Origin: Candidatus Staskawiczbacteria bacterium RIFOXYB1_FULL_38_37
GTDB taxonomy: Bacteria; Patescibacteriota; Minisyncoccia; Minisyncoccales; Staskawiczbacteraceae
DNA length: 56,976 nucleotides
Direction: 5' to 3'
Assembly: GCA_001822075.1 (NCBI GenBank)
Contig: MHPK01000006.1
Location: forward strand, 1-56,976
In this document: positions 20,841 to 31,577 of the stretch, piece after piece
How positions within the stretch are numbered: position 1 is the first letter of the stretch
Layout of the letters: every line of letters starts with the position of its first letter
The notes under the pieces: model-generated
Database searches by the model: none
What the model was told of the DNA's origin: nothing
What the model saw: only the letters and a program-made list of their open reading frames with translations
Program-made: the position numbers and the translations under genes

Positions 20841-20847
20841 CAGATTA

Positions 20848-21693
20848 TTACGGCTGTTTATAATTGGTTATTACAAATAAGTTGTCTGTGTTTTCAACCT
20901 CAAAAAATGGCTTTAGTTCTGCTGACTGAAAAGGCTTTTGGTCGTCTTTGTTTATTTTGGTTATCTTGCCGACTAAAAGATCTTTTGGAAATACTTTTTC
21001 CAAAGAAGAGCTTAAAACAACGTCGCCCTCTTTTATCTCTTGGTCAACTTGAACTAAATCTAAATAAATAGAAAGCGAACCTGAGCCCCGCACTACTCCG
21101 TTAATCTGCTGGAGAGAACCATCTTCTAAAACTCTCTGGACCATAACATCTATGGCGCTGTTTTTATTTGAAATCAGCATTACCTTTGAAAAGTTTTCGT
21201 AAACTTCAAAAATTTTCCCAAAAATTACCCCGTGCTGGTCAATAACCGGCATGCCTTCGGAAAGTCCGCCAGAAGCTCCCTTGTCTATAGACACTATGTC
21301 CTGGCCGTCGAATCCTATTTGAGAAGCCATAACGTTGGTAAAATTCTTTTCTTGGCAGCTATTAGAAAAATCAAAAATCGCCTCCGTGTTTTTTTGGTTA
21401 GAGATTAAAACAGATATTTTATATAAAAGGTATTGGTTCTCTTTTTTAAGATTTTCGTTTTCTTTGGCTAAATCAGACAGGTTTAAAAACGAGTCTAAAA
21501 ATCCCGACGTAGAAACACCAGCAGAAAAAAAGGTTTTCTGCGCAGGAGAAGATAAAATATAAAAATAATTTTTAAGCGGTTTGCTAAAAAGATTTAAAAC
21601 AGCAACAAAAATAAACAAAATAATCAAACAGGACAAAATTTTAAAATAATTTCTTTTCTTTTTATTTATAGGGGACCAAGTAAAAAGATTCAT
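20848..21693 (-). CDS. mreC: Rod shape-determining protein MreC
   Basis: TM, coiled coil (LAKENENLK), IDKG..G...GMPV, FPKDLLVG. Confidence 0.9.
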   Translation of the reverse strand: MNLFTWSPINKKKRNYFKILSCLIILFIFVAVLNLFSKPLKNYFYILSSPAQKTFFSAGVSTSGFLDSFLNLSDLAKENENLKKENQYLLYKISVLISNQKNTEAIFDFSNSCQEKNFTNVMASQIGFDGQDIVSIDKGASGGLSEGMPVIDQHGVIFGKIFEVYENFSKVMLISNKNSAIDVMVQRVLEDGSLQQINGVVRGSGSLSIYLDLVQVDQEIKEGDVVLSSSLEKVFPKDLLVGKITKINKDDQKPFQSAELKPFFEVENTDNLFVITNYKQP

Positions 21694-21794
21694 AAGTATA
21701 TTTGTTTAAGTAAATTCTACATCAGCATCTTTTTTTATGCAAATTTAGTTGTCCCCACTTGTAGAATTTACGTGTAATAAAAAATTGAGTTCTC

Positions 21795-21905
21795 TGGTGA
21801 CGATTACCTACTCTCGCCCTAATGGACTACCATCGGCCTTGGTGTATTTCACTTCTGAGTTCGGAATGGGATCAGGTGGGACAACACCAGTATAATCGTC
21901 ACCGG
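21795..21905 (-). rRNA. rrf: 5S rRNA
   Basis: Complementary ends ggtgacgatt/aatcgtcacc; reverse complement contains CCCATTCCGAAC and GTAGG. Confidence 0.92.
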
Positions 21906-22445
21906 AAAACTCAATTAATAAAAATTTTCCGGAAATATTTTAAAATAAAATCTGTATCTATTTAAACTTACGTTGTGAATCGAAAGATATAGACCCGCTG
22001 TTCAGTACGACCAAACTCGAAATTCGAATATCGAAATTCGAAACAAATTTTAATTTTCAAAACTTAAATGTTCAAAACCCGTCGTGTTTTGGATTTTGGT
22101 TATTTGGATTTTTGATATTGTTTCGGATTTCGTACTTCGGATTTTTCGACGCACTGAACAGCAGGTCTATGATTTATTAGTACTCCCCGGCTGAAGGCAT
22201 TACTGCCCTTACACCTGGAGCCTATCAACCCCGTCATCTACGGGGAATCTATGAGTTCTCATCTTGGAGTTAGTTTCGCGCTTATATGCTTTCAGCGCTT
22301 ATCTATTCCCGACTTAGCTACTCAGCAATGCCCTTGGCAGGACAACTGATACACCAGAGGTCAGTTCATTCCGGTCCTCTCGTACTAGGAACAAATCTCC
22401 TCAAAACTCAACGCCTGCGGTAGATAGGGACCAACCTGTCTCACG

Positions 22446-23164
22446 CTTATACCACTTATTACTAAGTGCGTGGACTATACCATATTCCGTATATTTGTAA
22501 CTATTTTTTTACGGAACCCGACGTTTTATAAAATTATTTCTAATTTTATCTGCCCTAAAAATAGGACAAGTCTCTACGGGGTTAATGTACGTACTTTTCT
22601 ATTTTTGGAATAATTTAATTCCCGAAAAGTATCAATTAATTTCGCAAGAGCTTCAAAATCTTTTTTATTTTCAACTTTACTTTTTGCAATGATAATCTTT
22701 TTTAGAAGCGCCACCTGTAACTTTTTCATCACAACGTATGGCTCTACTAAATTTAAAAATTTGATTATATTTTCTTGTTTTCCGATGATATATTCTAGAA
22801 TACCATCTTTTCTAATTCTTATATAACCAAGATTTATCATCGAGCAAAGTTTCTCAAAATTTTTCTGGTCTTTCTGCGATTGGAACAAGACAATATACGG
22901 CGCAACTTGGAAACCAAACTTGTATGTTTTGTTTGGCTTTAATTGCACATAAATACTGCCGTCTCCATCGAGAAAACCAGCTAAATATGCTCTTTTTGTT
23001 TGCGAAATCAACTTTTTCATACACAACTTCCCTCGGTATTATCCTAACATATGACAGGTTAATGTTCAATACTTTGTTAGGAATTCACCGATATGAGTCG
23101 GTTTGCTATCACAATTGCTCATGAAAGCCGCCGTGTTGATCTCGATATATATGGTTCATTTTTG
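22446..23164 (-). mobile_element. Group I intron at 23S position 2593 (E. coli numbering)
   Basis: Exons rejoin as UUCAAACCGU|CGUGAGACAG; U before the intron, terminal G; gactatac core motif. Confidence 0.9.
22574..23026 (-). CDS. Single-motif LAGLIDADG homing endonuclease, I-CreI-like
   Basis: YLAGFLDGDGSIYVQLKPNKTYKF resembles the I-CreI N-terminus. Confidence 0.92.
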   Translation of the reverse strand: MCMKKLISQTKRAYLAGFLDGDGSIYVQLKPNKTYKFGFQVAPYIVLFQSQKDQKNFEKLCSMINLGYIRIRKDGILEYIIGKQENIIKFLNLVEPYVVMKKLQVALLKKIIIAKSKVENKKDFEALAKLIDTFRELNYSKNRKVRTLTP

Positions 23165-23253
23165 ACGGTTTGAACCCAGCTCACGTAACTTTTTAACCGG
23201 CGAACAGCCGGACCCTTGGGAGCTTCTCCACCCCCAGGATAAGTTGAGCCGAC

Positions 23254-24164
23254 CACAAAATTCTATTATTACTAATAGCGCAGACTATACCTTTATTTAG
23301 ATGTCCATCTAAATACCAACGTTTTATAGTATATAAAAAATAATACTATCTTCATCCTGCTTTTTGCAGGAATCCAGTCGTTACGGGGTTGCGAAAACCT
23401 ATTTTGTACATCATCGAAGGGATAATATACGGACTAATGATATTGGCTAATTTTTTTGTTTCTTCTTGGTTGCAATACATTCGATATCCTTTATCGCGGT
23501 CGCGATAATAATTTATTTTGATATCAAAAATATCTTTAAAGCATTCCTGCAGAAAAATTATTTCCGGTAAGGAAAAGGAATATGTGCTTATATCAATTTT
23601 ATTTTTGGAATATGAACCATCGTCCATAATCCAAATTGCCAAGATAAAAGGATTTAATTCTTTTTTAATTTCAACCGGAACTATTTTTGTTCCATTTTTG
23701 TAATCATTTCCTCTATAAAACCTTTTATATATTTCTGTAAAATATGGATGTCTTATTGTCCTAAACCACCACGATTTTTCATATTTATTGCCATTTTTAT
23801 CGTATCTGTAACTTATTTTTGGTTCAGTAAATACAAATGATTTAAGTATTTGGTATTTCCAAATAACATAATCTTTTTGCGCTAATCCATGTTCTACCTT
23901 AAAGTTGACATTTTGGGCGCCTTTACCCAAACGCATCGTTCCATCGCCAAGAAGCGATCCAATAATCAAATCTTTCTGCATTTTTGTCAGCAAAAGAGAC
24001 TTTTTAATTGGAATCCACTTTTTATGCCAATGTTTATTTTCGCAACTTCCCACGGTGTTGACCATATAATTGTGTAATTTACTTTATTATAGCAAATTTA
24101 CTGGGTTTTTTATATGGCTTTCTCCGTTATGAGTTGGTTTACTTCCTCGACATTCGGCTAATTC
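23254..24164 (-). mobile_element. Group I intron at 23S position 2504
   Basis: Exons rejoin as CACCUCGAU|GUCGGCUC; terminal G. Confidence 0.88.
23352..24065 (-). CDS. LAGLIDADG_2 (I-SceI-like) homing endonuclease
   Basis: LIIGSLLGDG and LAIWIMDDG motifs. Confidence 0.9.
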   Translation of the reverse strand: MVNTVGSCENKHWHKKWIPIKKSLLLTKMQKDLIIGSLLGDGTMRLGKGAQNVNFKVEHGLAQKDYVIWKYQILKSFVFTEPKISYRYDKNGNKYEKSWWFRTIRHPYFTEIYKRFYRGNDYKNGTKIVPVEIKKELNPFILAIWIMDDGSYSKNKIDISTYSFSLPEIIFLQECFKDIFDIKINYYRDRDKGYRMYCNQEETKKLANIISPYIIPSMMYKIGFRNPVTTGFLQKAG

Positions 24165-24219
24165 ATCGAGGTGCCGAACAGAGCCGTCGATAAGGACTCT
24201 CGGGCTCTACCAGCCTGTT

Positions 24220-25144
24220 CATGTTTTCACATAGACTATATCTTCACCCGCCCAAATATTTATTTTTGGCGGGGACGGCGTTTTAGCAAGGATTTTACCC
24301 TCGCTCTGTCTGAGACTTCAGACAAGTCGTTACGGGGTCAGGAAGAAAGTTTATAATTAAAATAATTAATAATATAATTTTTAATCAGCAATTTTAATTT
24401 TTCAATTTGTGAATGGGGAAAATAAATTGCAAACCCCTTCTTCTTTTGTTTTACTTTCGTTTGAATGTCAAACTTTTTAAGTATCGCCGAAGAAACAATA
24501 TTTGCTTCTTTTTCACTCACATTTCCAAGATAAAGATAACTACATTTATCTCTTTGATAATAATAGCCATCATCCATATACCAAACCGCAAACATTTGCG
24601 GTGAAATATATTTTTCCAGATTTTCCGGAATTATCTTTTTCCCTTCTGGATAAAACATTTTTCTTAATTTTCCCAAATAGGGGGTGGATTGCGATTGATG
24701 TCTCCAATACTTATATTTTCTTTTTGTCAAAGGATGGATTCTCTCCATATATTTTGGTTTTCCCTGGAATAACTGCTTTAACCTTTCTATTTTCCAAATA
24801 AGATATTCTTTTTGCTTATATCCATGTTCTAATCTTAATCGTGCGTTATTTTCCCCAGTTTTTTGCAAATATCCGTCTCCTAAAATTATTCCAAAAAGAA
24901 TTGATTCTTGCTCCTTAGATAAAGAAATCATGATTTTAGTAAAACTATTCTTCCGACTTCCCACGGTATTCCAATGGATTTTAAACCCTTTTTTGAGGGA
25001 AGACCAATCCATGGTTCACCGTTATAAGCCGTACGTGCCTGGAAAAAGTGGTAATTTCCCAAGCGCCCATTCTCACGAATGGGTTGGACAACAAACTCTT
25101 TTTCCCGCCTGCGCCGATAACTTTCGGCGGGCAGGTCAGAGTCT
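24220..25144 (-). mobile_element. Group I intron at 23S position 2449
   Basis: Exons rejoin as GGGGAU|AACAGGCUG; terminal G. Confidence 0.9.
24338..25012 (-). CDS. LAGLIDADG_2 (I-SceI-like) homing endonuclease
   Basis: ILFGIILGDG and FAVWYMDDG motifs; true start may be MISLS at 24932. Confidence 0.9.
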   Translation of the reverse strand: MDWSSLKKGFKIHWNTVGSRKNSFTKIMISLSKEQESILFGIILGDGYLQKTGENNARLRLEHGYKQKEYLIWKIERLKQLFQGKPKYMERIHPLTKRKYKYWRHQSQSTPYLGKLRKMFYPEGKKIIPENLEKYISPQMFAVWYMDDGYYYQRDKCSYLYLGNVSEKEANIVSSAILKKFDIQTKVKQKKKGFAIYFPHSQIEKLKLLIKNYIINYFNYKLSS

Positions 25145-25654
25145 ATCCCCGGAGTAGCTTTTGGCTGATGATCTTCTCATTTTCTATAAAAATGAGTCGG
25201 TTCACTAAGTTCTGCTTTCGCAACTGCGCGACATAGCCGTCTTGCAGTAAAGCTGGCTTATGGCTTTGCCCTATCGCTTCGATTTCCATCCGAAGCTAGC
25301 CAACCTTTAAACGCCTCCATTACTCTTTAGGAGGCAAGTGCCCCACTTAAACTGCCCATTAAACACTGTCATCCCAAGTTAAGGGAATTAGAATTATAAT
25401 TTTCAAAGATGGGTGTTTCATTGGCGGATCCATCCCGCCCGAAGGCGGGACTTCAAATCCTCCCCACTACGCTACGCATCGAAAATCATAAACCAATATC
25501 TAACTACAGTAAAGCTTCCGGGGTCTTTCCGTCTAGCCGCAGGTAGGCAGCATCTTCACTGCCATTGCATTTTCACCGGGCGCCTCGTTGAGACAGTCTT
25601 CAAGTCGTTAAGCCATTCATGCGGGCCGGAACTTACCCGGCAAGGGATTACGCT

Positions 25655-26186
25655 CAATTTTGTTACTTAGTGTTAATTAAGTCATTTTTAACACCGGTGC
25701 AGTCATTTCTGCTGCATTCTGCATGTCGCCATGCAGTTCAGACTATATCTTGCGTTCATTGAAAAAAAATGCGGGTAGAGGCATTTCGCATGCCCGCCTA
25801 ATGTCAATTTACGCCTTGGCGTATAGTCGTTGAGGGGAATAATTATTCAATAATCAATGAAAGGGAAACAAAAGAGATTGTTGCTCTATTGTTTTCCCTT
25901 CTCAGTTTAGCCATAACTCTACTCTTGCATCGTTTTGCCGATGCATCGTTTGAAGCACGGAAGGTCGTGTATCTCATACCACCGCTACAATCAATATATC
26001 GTTCCTCATACGTTAATTGATACACTCTTTCACTTACTTCTCTTTTTTTCATGGCTTTCTCCTTTATTCTTCCCTGCTGATTGTCCGCACCGAACATATT
26101 TTCACCCACGATACAATCGGGGTAATGTCGGATACAACGGAGTTTCCAGCATATAGCCAAGTTTTACAAAAGCAATTGCGTTTGTT
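25655..26186 (-). mobile_element. Group I intron at 23S position 1931
   Basis: Exons rejoin as AAAGGU|AGCG; P1 CAAAGGU/GCUUUUG; terminal G; AAUCAGCAGG core motif. Confidence 0.88.
25843..26052 (-). CDS. Small basic intron-encoded protein (69 aa), no recognisable homing-endonuclease motif
   Basis: ATG at 26052 preceded by aaaggagaaagcc; occupies the loop where the L1917 intron has its endonuclease gene. Confidence 0.5.
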   Translation of the reverse strand: MKKREVSERVYQLTYEERYIDCSGGMRYTTFRASNDASAKRCKSRVMAKLRRENNRATISFVSLSLIIE

Positions 26187-26200
26187 ACCTTTGGACGATT

Positions 26201-26949
26201 TCTCTCTTTTTATTAGTCCTTCGAGAGGTAAATCTCGGGACAGCCTTTATGTCGCCATAAAGAGCGGACTATATCATCCCGTTTCAAAAAATTAATTTTG
26301 ACGGGCTTCGCGTATAGTCTCTGAGGATAATAGAAATTTGTATATTGAGGATTCTTCAAATGGTTTGCGATGCGTCATTTTTTCTGCGATTCTTGCAATT
26401 TTTATCATTCCCTTTTTTGTTAAGTGTTCTCCCTTATCCATCATTTCAATAACTTTAACAAATCTTTCAAAATCATTTATTTTGGCTTTGCCAAAACATT
26501 TATAATTTTTGAAAAAAGGAATAATTTTTTCTTGCAATTCGCTTCTATTTCTGACGCAATATTTATAGAGAGGGTCCCATTTTCCTTGTTTTATATTTCT
26601 CGCGTTGTGCGCGTATATATGTCCGCAAGCAAAAAATTTTTCTAATTTATGAAGCAAATCTTTTCCTTTTAATGATTGTGAAACATTAAATTCAGGAAAA
26701 ACTTGCCATTTATTTTTTGCTCTTGGAGATTGAAATATATTTACAAGAAAAGACCCTTCTCCATCTACAAACCCAGTAATCCATCCACATATTTCTATTC
26801 TTTCCTGCTGATTGTCTGCACTGAATGCTTTTTTACTTTGCATAATATCAAAGGGGTAAATACACCTTTAATATATTATAACATAGTAGCATCAGATACT
26901 ACAGAGTTTCCAGCATATAGCGAAGTTTTATAACTACAATCGTCATCTT
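26201..26949 (-). mobile_element. Group I intron at 23S position 1917 (apparent omega-A)
   Basis: Guide sequence GACGAUUGUAGUUAU pairs both exons (AUAACUAU and AAUCGUC). Confidence 0.85.
26292..26843 (-). CDS. Single-motif LAGLIDADG homing endonuclease
   Basis: WITGFVDGEGSF, FNVSQ, IIPFF, EHLT. Confidence 0.92.
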   Translation of the reverse strand: MQSKKAFSADNQQERIEICGWITGFVDGEGSFLVNIFQSPRAKNKWQVFPEFNVSQSLKGKDLLHKLEKFFACGHIYAHNARNIKQGKWDPLYKYCVRNRSELQEKIIPFFKNYKCFGKAKINDFERFVKVIEMMDKGEHLTKKGMIKIARIAEKMTHRKPFEESSIYKFLLSSETIREARQN

Positions 26950-27644
26950 ATAGTTATCGCCGACGTTCATTGGTGCTTCATTCAGTGAGCCTGAACCTTA
27001 CGGCTCAGACCCCCAAACTTAACATTCCAACACTGGTCAGGCCTCACCCCCTATACATCCTCTTACGAGTTAGCAGGGAGCTGTGTTTTTGATAAACAGT
27101 CGCTTGAAGTACGTTTGTTGCATCCCGACCACCTTGCGGTGGAGGGAAGGCCATATTGCGAACTTACGGCCACTTGTTTGCCGAGTTCCTTAACGAGGTT
27201 TCACCCGTTCACCTTAGCATACTTACGCTTGTCCACCTGTGTCGGTTTGCGGTACGGTTCGAATACAATTAGCTTGATAGCTTTTTTCTGGGCATCGCGC
27301 TCATCTCAATTGTCCCGCCAAAGGCGGGGCTTTTCTCGCACCTTGATTTACCTTAGTGCAAGAGCGTGAAATCCAATAATCCGCTGAAACTACTGTAATG
27401 CGTCTTTCTATCAAAATGTATCCGAGGGTCGGAATATTAACCGACTGTCCATCAGCTGCCCCTTTCGGGTTTGCCTTAGGACCGCCTAACCCTTGGTTGA
27501 ATACCATTGCCAAGGAAACCTTGGACTTTCGGTGTGCAGGGCTTTCACCTGCAATGCGGTTACTCAGGCCAACATTCTCTCTTCTGAGCGCTCCACCGTC
27601 GTTTACACTTCGGCTTCAGTGCCCTCAGAATGCTTCCCTACCAC

Positions 27645-27770
27645 TACCGCTCCTCGCTACTGCTCGTCGCTTCATCATCGAATTACGAATTTGTTACGAA
27701 TTTACTAATTCGTACATTCGTATTGATTCGTTATTCGTTGATGAGCTCCGAACAAAAGTGAGGAGCAGTA
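27645..27770 (-). other. IVS-like long hairpin insertion in 23S helix 45
   Basis: taccgctcctc...gaggagcagta closing stem enclosing tacgaat/attcgt micro-repeats, adjacent to the conserved tgcttccctacc block. Confidence 0.65.
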
Positions 27771-29620
27771 ATCCATGTCTTCGGTATTAGACTTTAGTCC
27801 CGATAATCTTTGGCGCATCTCGCCCCTGCCTTTCCAAAGGAAAGACTTTGGGCAGTGAGTTGTTACACACTCTTTAAAAGATAGCTACCTCTAAGCTAAC
27901 TTCCTGCCTGTCTAGGGCAAAATACTTCCTTAAAAACACTTAGTCTAATTTAGGGACCTTAGACGATGATCTAGGCTGTTTCCTTTTTGACCACGGAGCT
28001 TAGCCCCCGCAGTCTAACTGCCTATCCAAAACACACGGTATTCGGAGTTTGATTAGAGAACCTGGAGAAACTCCAAGGAATTCTATTCAGTGCTCTACCC
28101 CCGTGTGCTGTTAATAGACGCCAGCCCTAAAGCTGTTTCGGGAAGAACCAGCTATTACGTAACTCGATTAGCTTTTCACTCCTTGCCACAAATCATCCAA
28201 GAGGATTGCACGCCTCACTAGTTCGGACCTCCTCCCGCCTTTCGGCGGGATTCATCCTGCTCATGGCAAGCTCGTCACGCTTCGGGTCCTGAATATACAA
28301 TTATAATTCGCGCTTTTAACACTCGCTTTCGCTATGCCTCCGCCCCAAAAGGGCTTAGACAATTATATATCCAGACTCGTTGGCTCGTTCTGCAAAAAGC
28401 ACGCCGTCACCCCGCCAAAGGCGGGGCTCCGACTCTTTGTAAGCAAATGGTTTCAGGTACTATTTCACCGGGGTCACCCCCCTACTTTTCACCTTTCCCT
28501 CACGGTACTGGTTCACTATCGGTGATATTGATTATTTAGCCTTGGCCGATAGTTCGGCCTGCTTCCTGCCAGGTTATCATTCCCGACAGTACTCAAGAAT
28601 CATAGCAAAGAGCATAATAAGTATTTTAGAATACGGGGCTATTACCCTCTATGGCGCCCCTTTCCAGGGTGCTTCTTTTAACACTATTATTTTGTATTCT
28701 CTCTCAGCAAGCATTACCTCGCGCTCCGCGCGAAAAATTTTAAATTTAAAATTTTAAATTTTTAATTCCTTTTGCGAAGCAAAAGGTAGTGCTCCTGACG
28801 CTACAACCTTACAACCCAGAATCTAAAGATTCTGTTTAGGCTTCCCCCTGTTCGCTCGCCACTACTAAGGGGATAACTTTGTTCTCTTTTCCTCCGGCTA
28901 CTGAGATGTTTCACTTCGCCGGGTACGCTTCTGTCCAACTTTTTAAACTTTAAATTTTTAAAGTACAAAAAGCTGGACAGATAATATGAGATTAATCATA
29001 TTGAGTTTCCTCATTCGGAAATCACCGGATCAAAGGTTGCTAGCCACCTCCCCGATGCTTATCGCAGGCACGCCACGTCCTTCATCGCATCAATATCCCA
29101 AGGCATCCGCCATTCGCTTATAACCTGACCTGCTGCTCAATGATTTCTGTCTTTTAAAAAATCATTGAGCAGCAGATCTATATCTTTCAATAAATTCAAA
29201 TGAATTTACGAAGATCACCATTCCATTTTCTTTTTGCGTAAAATGGAATTTTTTGCGTAAGTTTACCCGCCTAAATTTTCAATAAGAAAATTTGGCGAGG
29301 TTAATAGATACAGATTTTATTTTAAAATAAAATCTTATGCCCGCTTTCGCATAAAGCTACGGCGGGTAAATATGCTTTAGTTTACCTACTTTCTAACCAA
29401 GCAAAGACCCCTGTCTAAAACTTAGTTAGAAAAACCTGTTAAAAATTGCTGGTGGCAATTTTCCATCAAAGGAATTTAACAGGGTTAAATTTTCAATGTT
29501 CTTGGTTTTAATAAATTAAAAACCGCCTTTGCGAAGCGGTCATTTACTAACACAAAAAGTCAGACAGTTATCCGCTTCGTTTTTTGATAGTAGTTTTTAA
29601 TATATTTACCATGTAAATCT

Positions 29621-29649
29621 ATCTTATTAAATTTATTTACCCTTGTCAA
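29621..29649 (-). promoter_or_regulatory. Putative dedicated 23S-5S promoter
   Basis: TTGACA-17 bp-TAAGAT; boxA-like AGAACATTGA (~29493-29503) also found upstream of 16S (~41742-41751). Confidence 0.65.
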
Positions 29650-29721
29650 TAGCCATATGGCTAATTTACAATTTTCAATTTTTAATCAATTCCCCAAACT
29701 TTCAGGTTGTCCTACGACAAC

Positions 29722-29750
29722 TTGACAAGTATTCTTTACTATGATATGAT
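29722..29750 (+). promoter_or_regulatory. Sigma70-type promoter
   Basis: TTGACA-17 bp-TATGAT. Confidence 0.75.
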
Positions 29751-29833
29751 AATAATATAGCACAAATAAACTTCCCGACCATGTGTCGGACGGCCCTGGC
29801 AGGCCGAACTCCTAACAAGAAAGGGAAACTGCC

Positions 29834-30055
29834 ATGAGGTTTTACATTGAGAGGGGAGACAAACGCAATTTTGCGGCAGTTGTCATTGACGCGGCCGAAG
29901 CGCAAAATGACATTGTAGTGGAAGCACTCGGCAAACACTGCCTCTGTCAAAGAGGCATCGTTGGGGGGTCTATCACGACTTCCGTGACAGACTTTCAAAC
30001 CGAAAGTGCCCTGCGAGAACATCTTCAATCTCACGGCCTGCGCGTTCAAGCGTGA
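29834..30055 (+). CDS. Small hypothetical protein (orphan cassette)
   Basis: Own promoter, purine-rich RBS aaaggga, downstream terminator 30090-30120. Confidence 0.6.
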   Translation: MRFYIERGDKRNFAAVVIDAAEAQNDIVVEALGKHCLCQRGIVGGSITTSVTDFQTESALREHLQSHGLRVQA

Positions 30056-30291
30056 ACCGACAACCCGAGCAAGGGTTAAGCTGCTACACGCCGCGGACGA
30101 AAGTCGCGCGGCTTTTATTTTCAAAATTATTTGAATCAAAAGGGCGATATAATATTCGTCCCTAATTTTTGAAACGTTCGTAAAATTGGAGACAGCAAAC
30201 AAAAAGGCGTGGTACGTACACGCTTTTTTGTTGCCCCGCCTGCCCTGCCGGCAGGCTTTGGGGCCCTTTCAAATTGGACGTTATGTCAAAA

Positions 30292-30978
30292 TTATTTTTC
30301 TTCTATCTTTTTGTACATGTCAGAAATAATTTTTCCTGCTGTTTCCTTTCCGCCAAGTCCGATTGCCAAACCCGCGCCAAGAGCCAATGCTCCAACTATG
30401 CCGTAAACAATGCCAGTGTACAGTGTTACTACCAAAGCATTGTTCGGCAAAAGCTGGCCCAAAATCAAGAATATGGCAAATATCCAGATTGCCCATTTTA
30501 CAATTGAAGCTGCCAAATATCCATATCCGATTTTCAGCCTTTCCACAGAAACCCTTACAACTTTTTCAACAATATCAGAAATAACTATTGCGACAACAAA
30601 CACCAGCACTGCCACAATAACATTTGGCAGATAATTTAACACTCTGGTTAAAAATCCTGCGAAGGCAGTGAGTTTTAACACGTCAACTGCAATCAACAAA
30701 GATATTATAACGAACACCCATTTAAAAATGGCTCCGATAAATTCTGCGGGATTTACTTCAAGGTTTGCCCTTTGCAAGGCTTTTTTCCATCCCTCCTTTT
30801 CAAACAGCTTGTTAAATTTTACCGACTTTAGTATTTCGCTTATTATCCTGCCAATCCCCACTGAAATCAAATAGCCGATTATAAAAATTACCAAGGCCAA
30901 TATCAGGTTTCCGATAAAGCCTATAAATTGCTGTATAAACGGCTGGATTAACGTTAAAGACCAATCACTATATGTCAT
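30292..30978 (-). CDS. TM_helix-repeat membrane protein (MscS/CmpX-associated family)
   Basis: YLPNVIVAVLV, LAIGLGGKE. Confidence 0.8.
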   Translation of the reverse strand: MTYSDWSLTLIQPFIQQFIGFIGNLILALVIFIIGYLISVGIGRIISEILKSVKFNKLFEKEGWKKALQRANLEVNPAEFIGAIFKWVFVIISLLIAVDVLKLTAFAGFLTRVLNYLPNVIVAVLVFVVAIVISDIVEKVVRVSVERLKIGYGYLAASIVKWAIWIFAIFLILGQLLPNNALVVTLYTGIVYGIVGALALGAGLAIGLGGKETAGKIISDMYKKIEEK

Positions 30979-31198
30979 AATTATTATTAATAATTTTAAG
31001 TTAATTAAAGTATAATCTGCTCGGTGCTTTTTAGCTGTTTAGCCGAGCGCGACCTTTAACTATATATTTATATATTATCCCAGCCCCATATAACTAAATC
31101 AAGAGTAAGCCTGTGGATAACTTAACATTGATATGAATATATGATATATTAAAAAAACAATAAACATTAATTTGTTCTTTAACAAGGAGGACTCAATA

Positions 31199-31507
31199 AT
31201 GATAGTCGTTCTAAATGGCTGCATGCTGCTAATCGCTGTAATGTTGGCCATATGGCTGGCAATTCTAGTTTTTGATTGGCTGTTAAAAACATCTTTTGAT
31301 ATTTTTAACATTTGCCCGCGGTGCGGTTCACATTCGTCATACGTATACAGAATTCTGCGCTGTGCAAGAACTGAAGAGAGAACCAAAACTGCCTATTTCG
31401 CGTTTGATGAAAAAATCCGCCAATGCATAGGTTGCGGCCACTCTCGCTTAGTTAAGCGATATGGGTGCACTGTCAGAGTTAGACGGCGCAATACGCGAAG
31501 AAGATAA
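31199..31507 (+). CDS. Small membrane-anchored zinc-ribbon protein (start re-called at MIVVL)
   Basis: AAGGAGG at 31184-31190, 8 nt before ATG; TM helix, CPRC...CIGC; terminator 31516-31554. Confidence 0.7.
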   Translation: MIVVLNGCMLLIAVMLAIWLAILVFDWLLKTSFDIFNICPRCGSHSSYVYRILRCARTEERTKTAYFAFDEKIRQCIGCGHSRLVKRYGCTVRVRRRNTRRR

Positions 31508-31577
31508 GGTTCTTGCCCCCGAGAGTTCCAAACTCTTCACGGGGCTTTTTTTTTGCAGAAAATCCAACGGCTCAACT

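Larger units (their letters stand above)
22168..29125 (-). rRNA. rrl: 23S rRNA interrupted by five group I introns and several helix expansions (ends approximate)
   Basis: Conserved blocks, e.g. ccaaggcatcc (5' end), ctgtctcacg, atcgaggtgcc, sarcin-ricin loop ctctcgtact. Confidence 0.95.

Noticed and set aside
27115-28757. ORFs called within 23S (and 40233-41583 within 16S)
   Set aside because: Shadow ORFs over rRNA sequence
29702-30202. 166-aa minus-strand ORF
   Set aside because: Overlaps a plus-strand gene that has its own promoter, RBS and terminator
31112-31120. Perfect DnaA box TGTGGATAA
   Set aside because: Single copy, with no box cluster or dnaA nearby, so no oriC call
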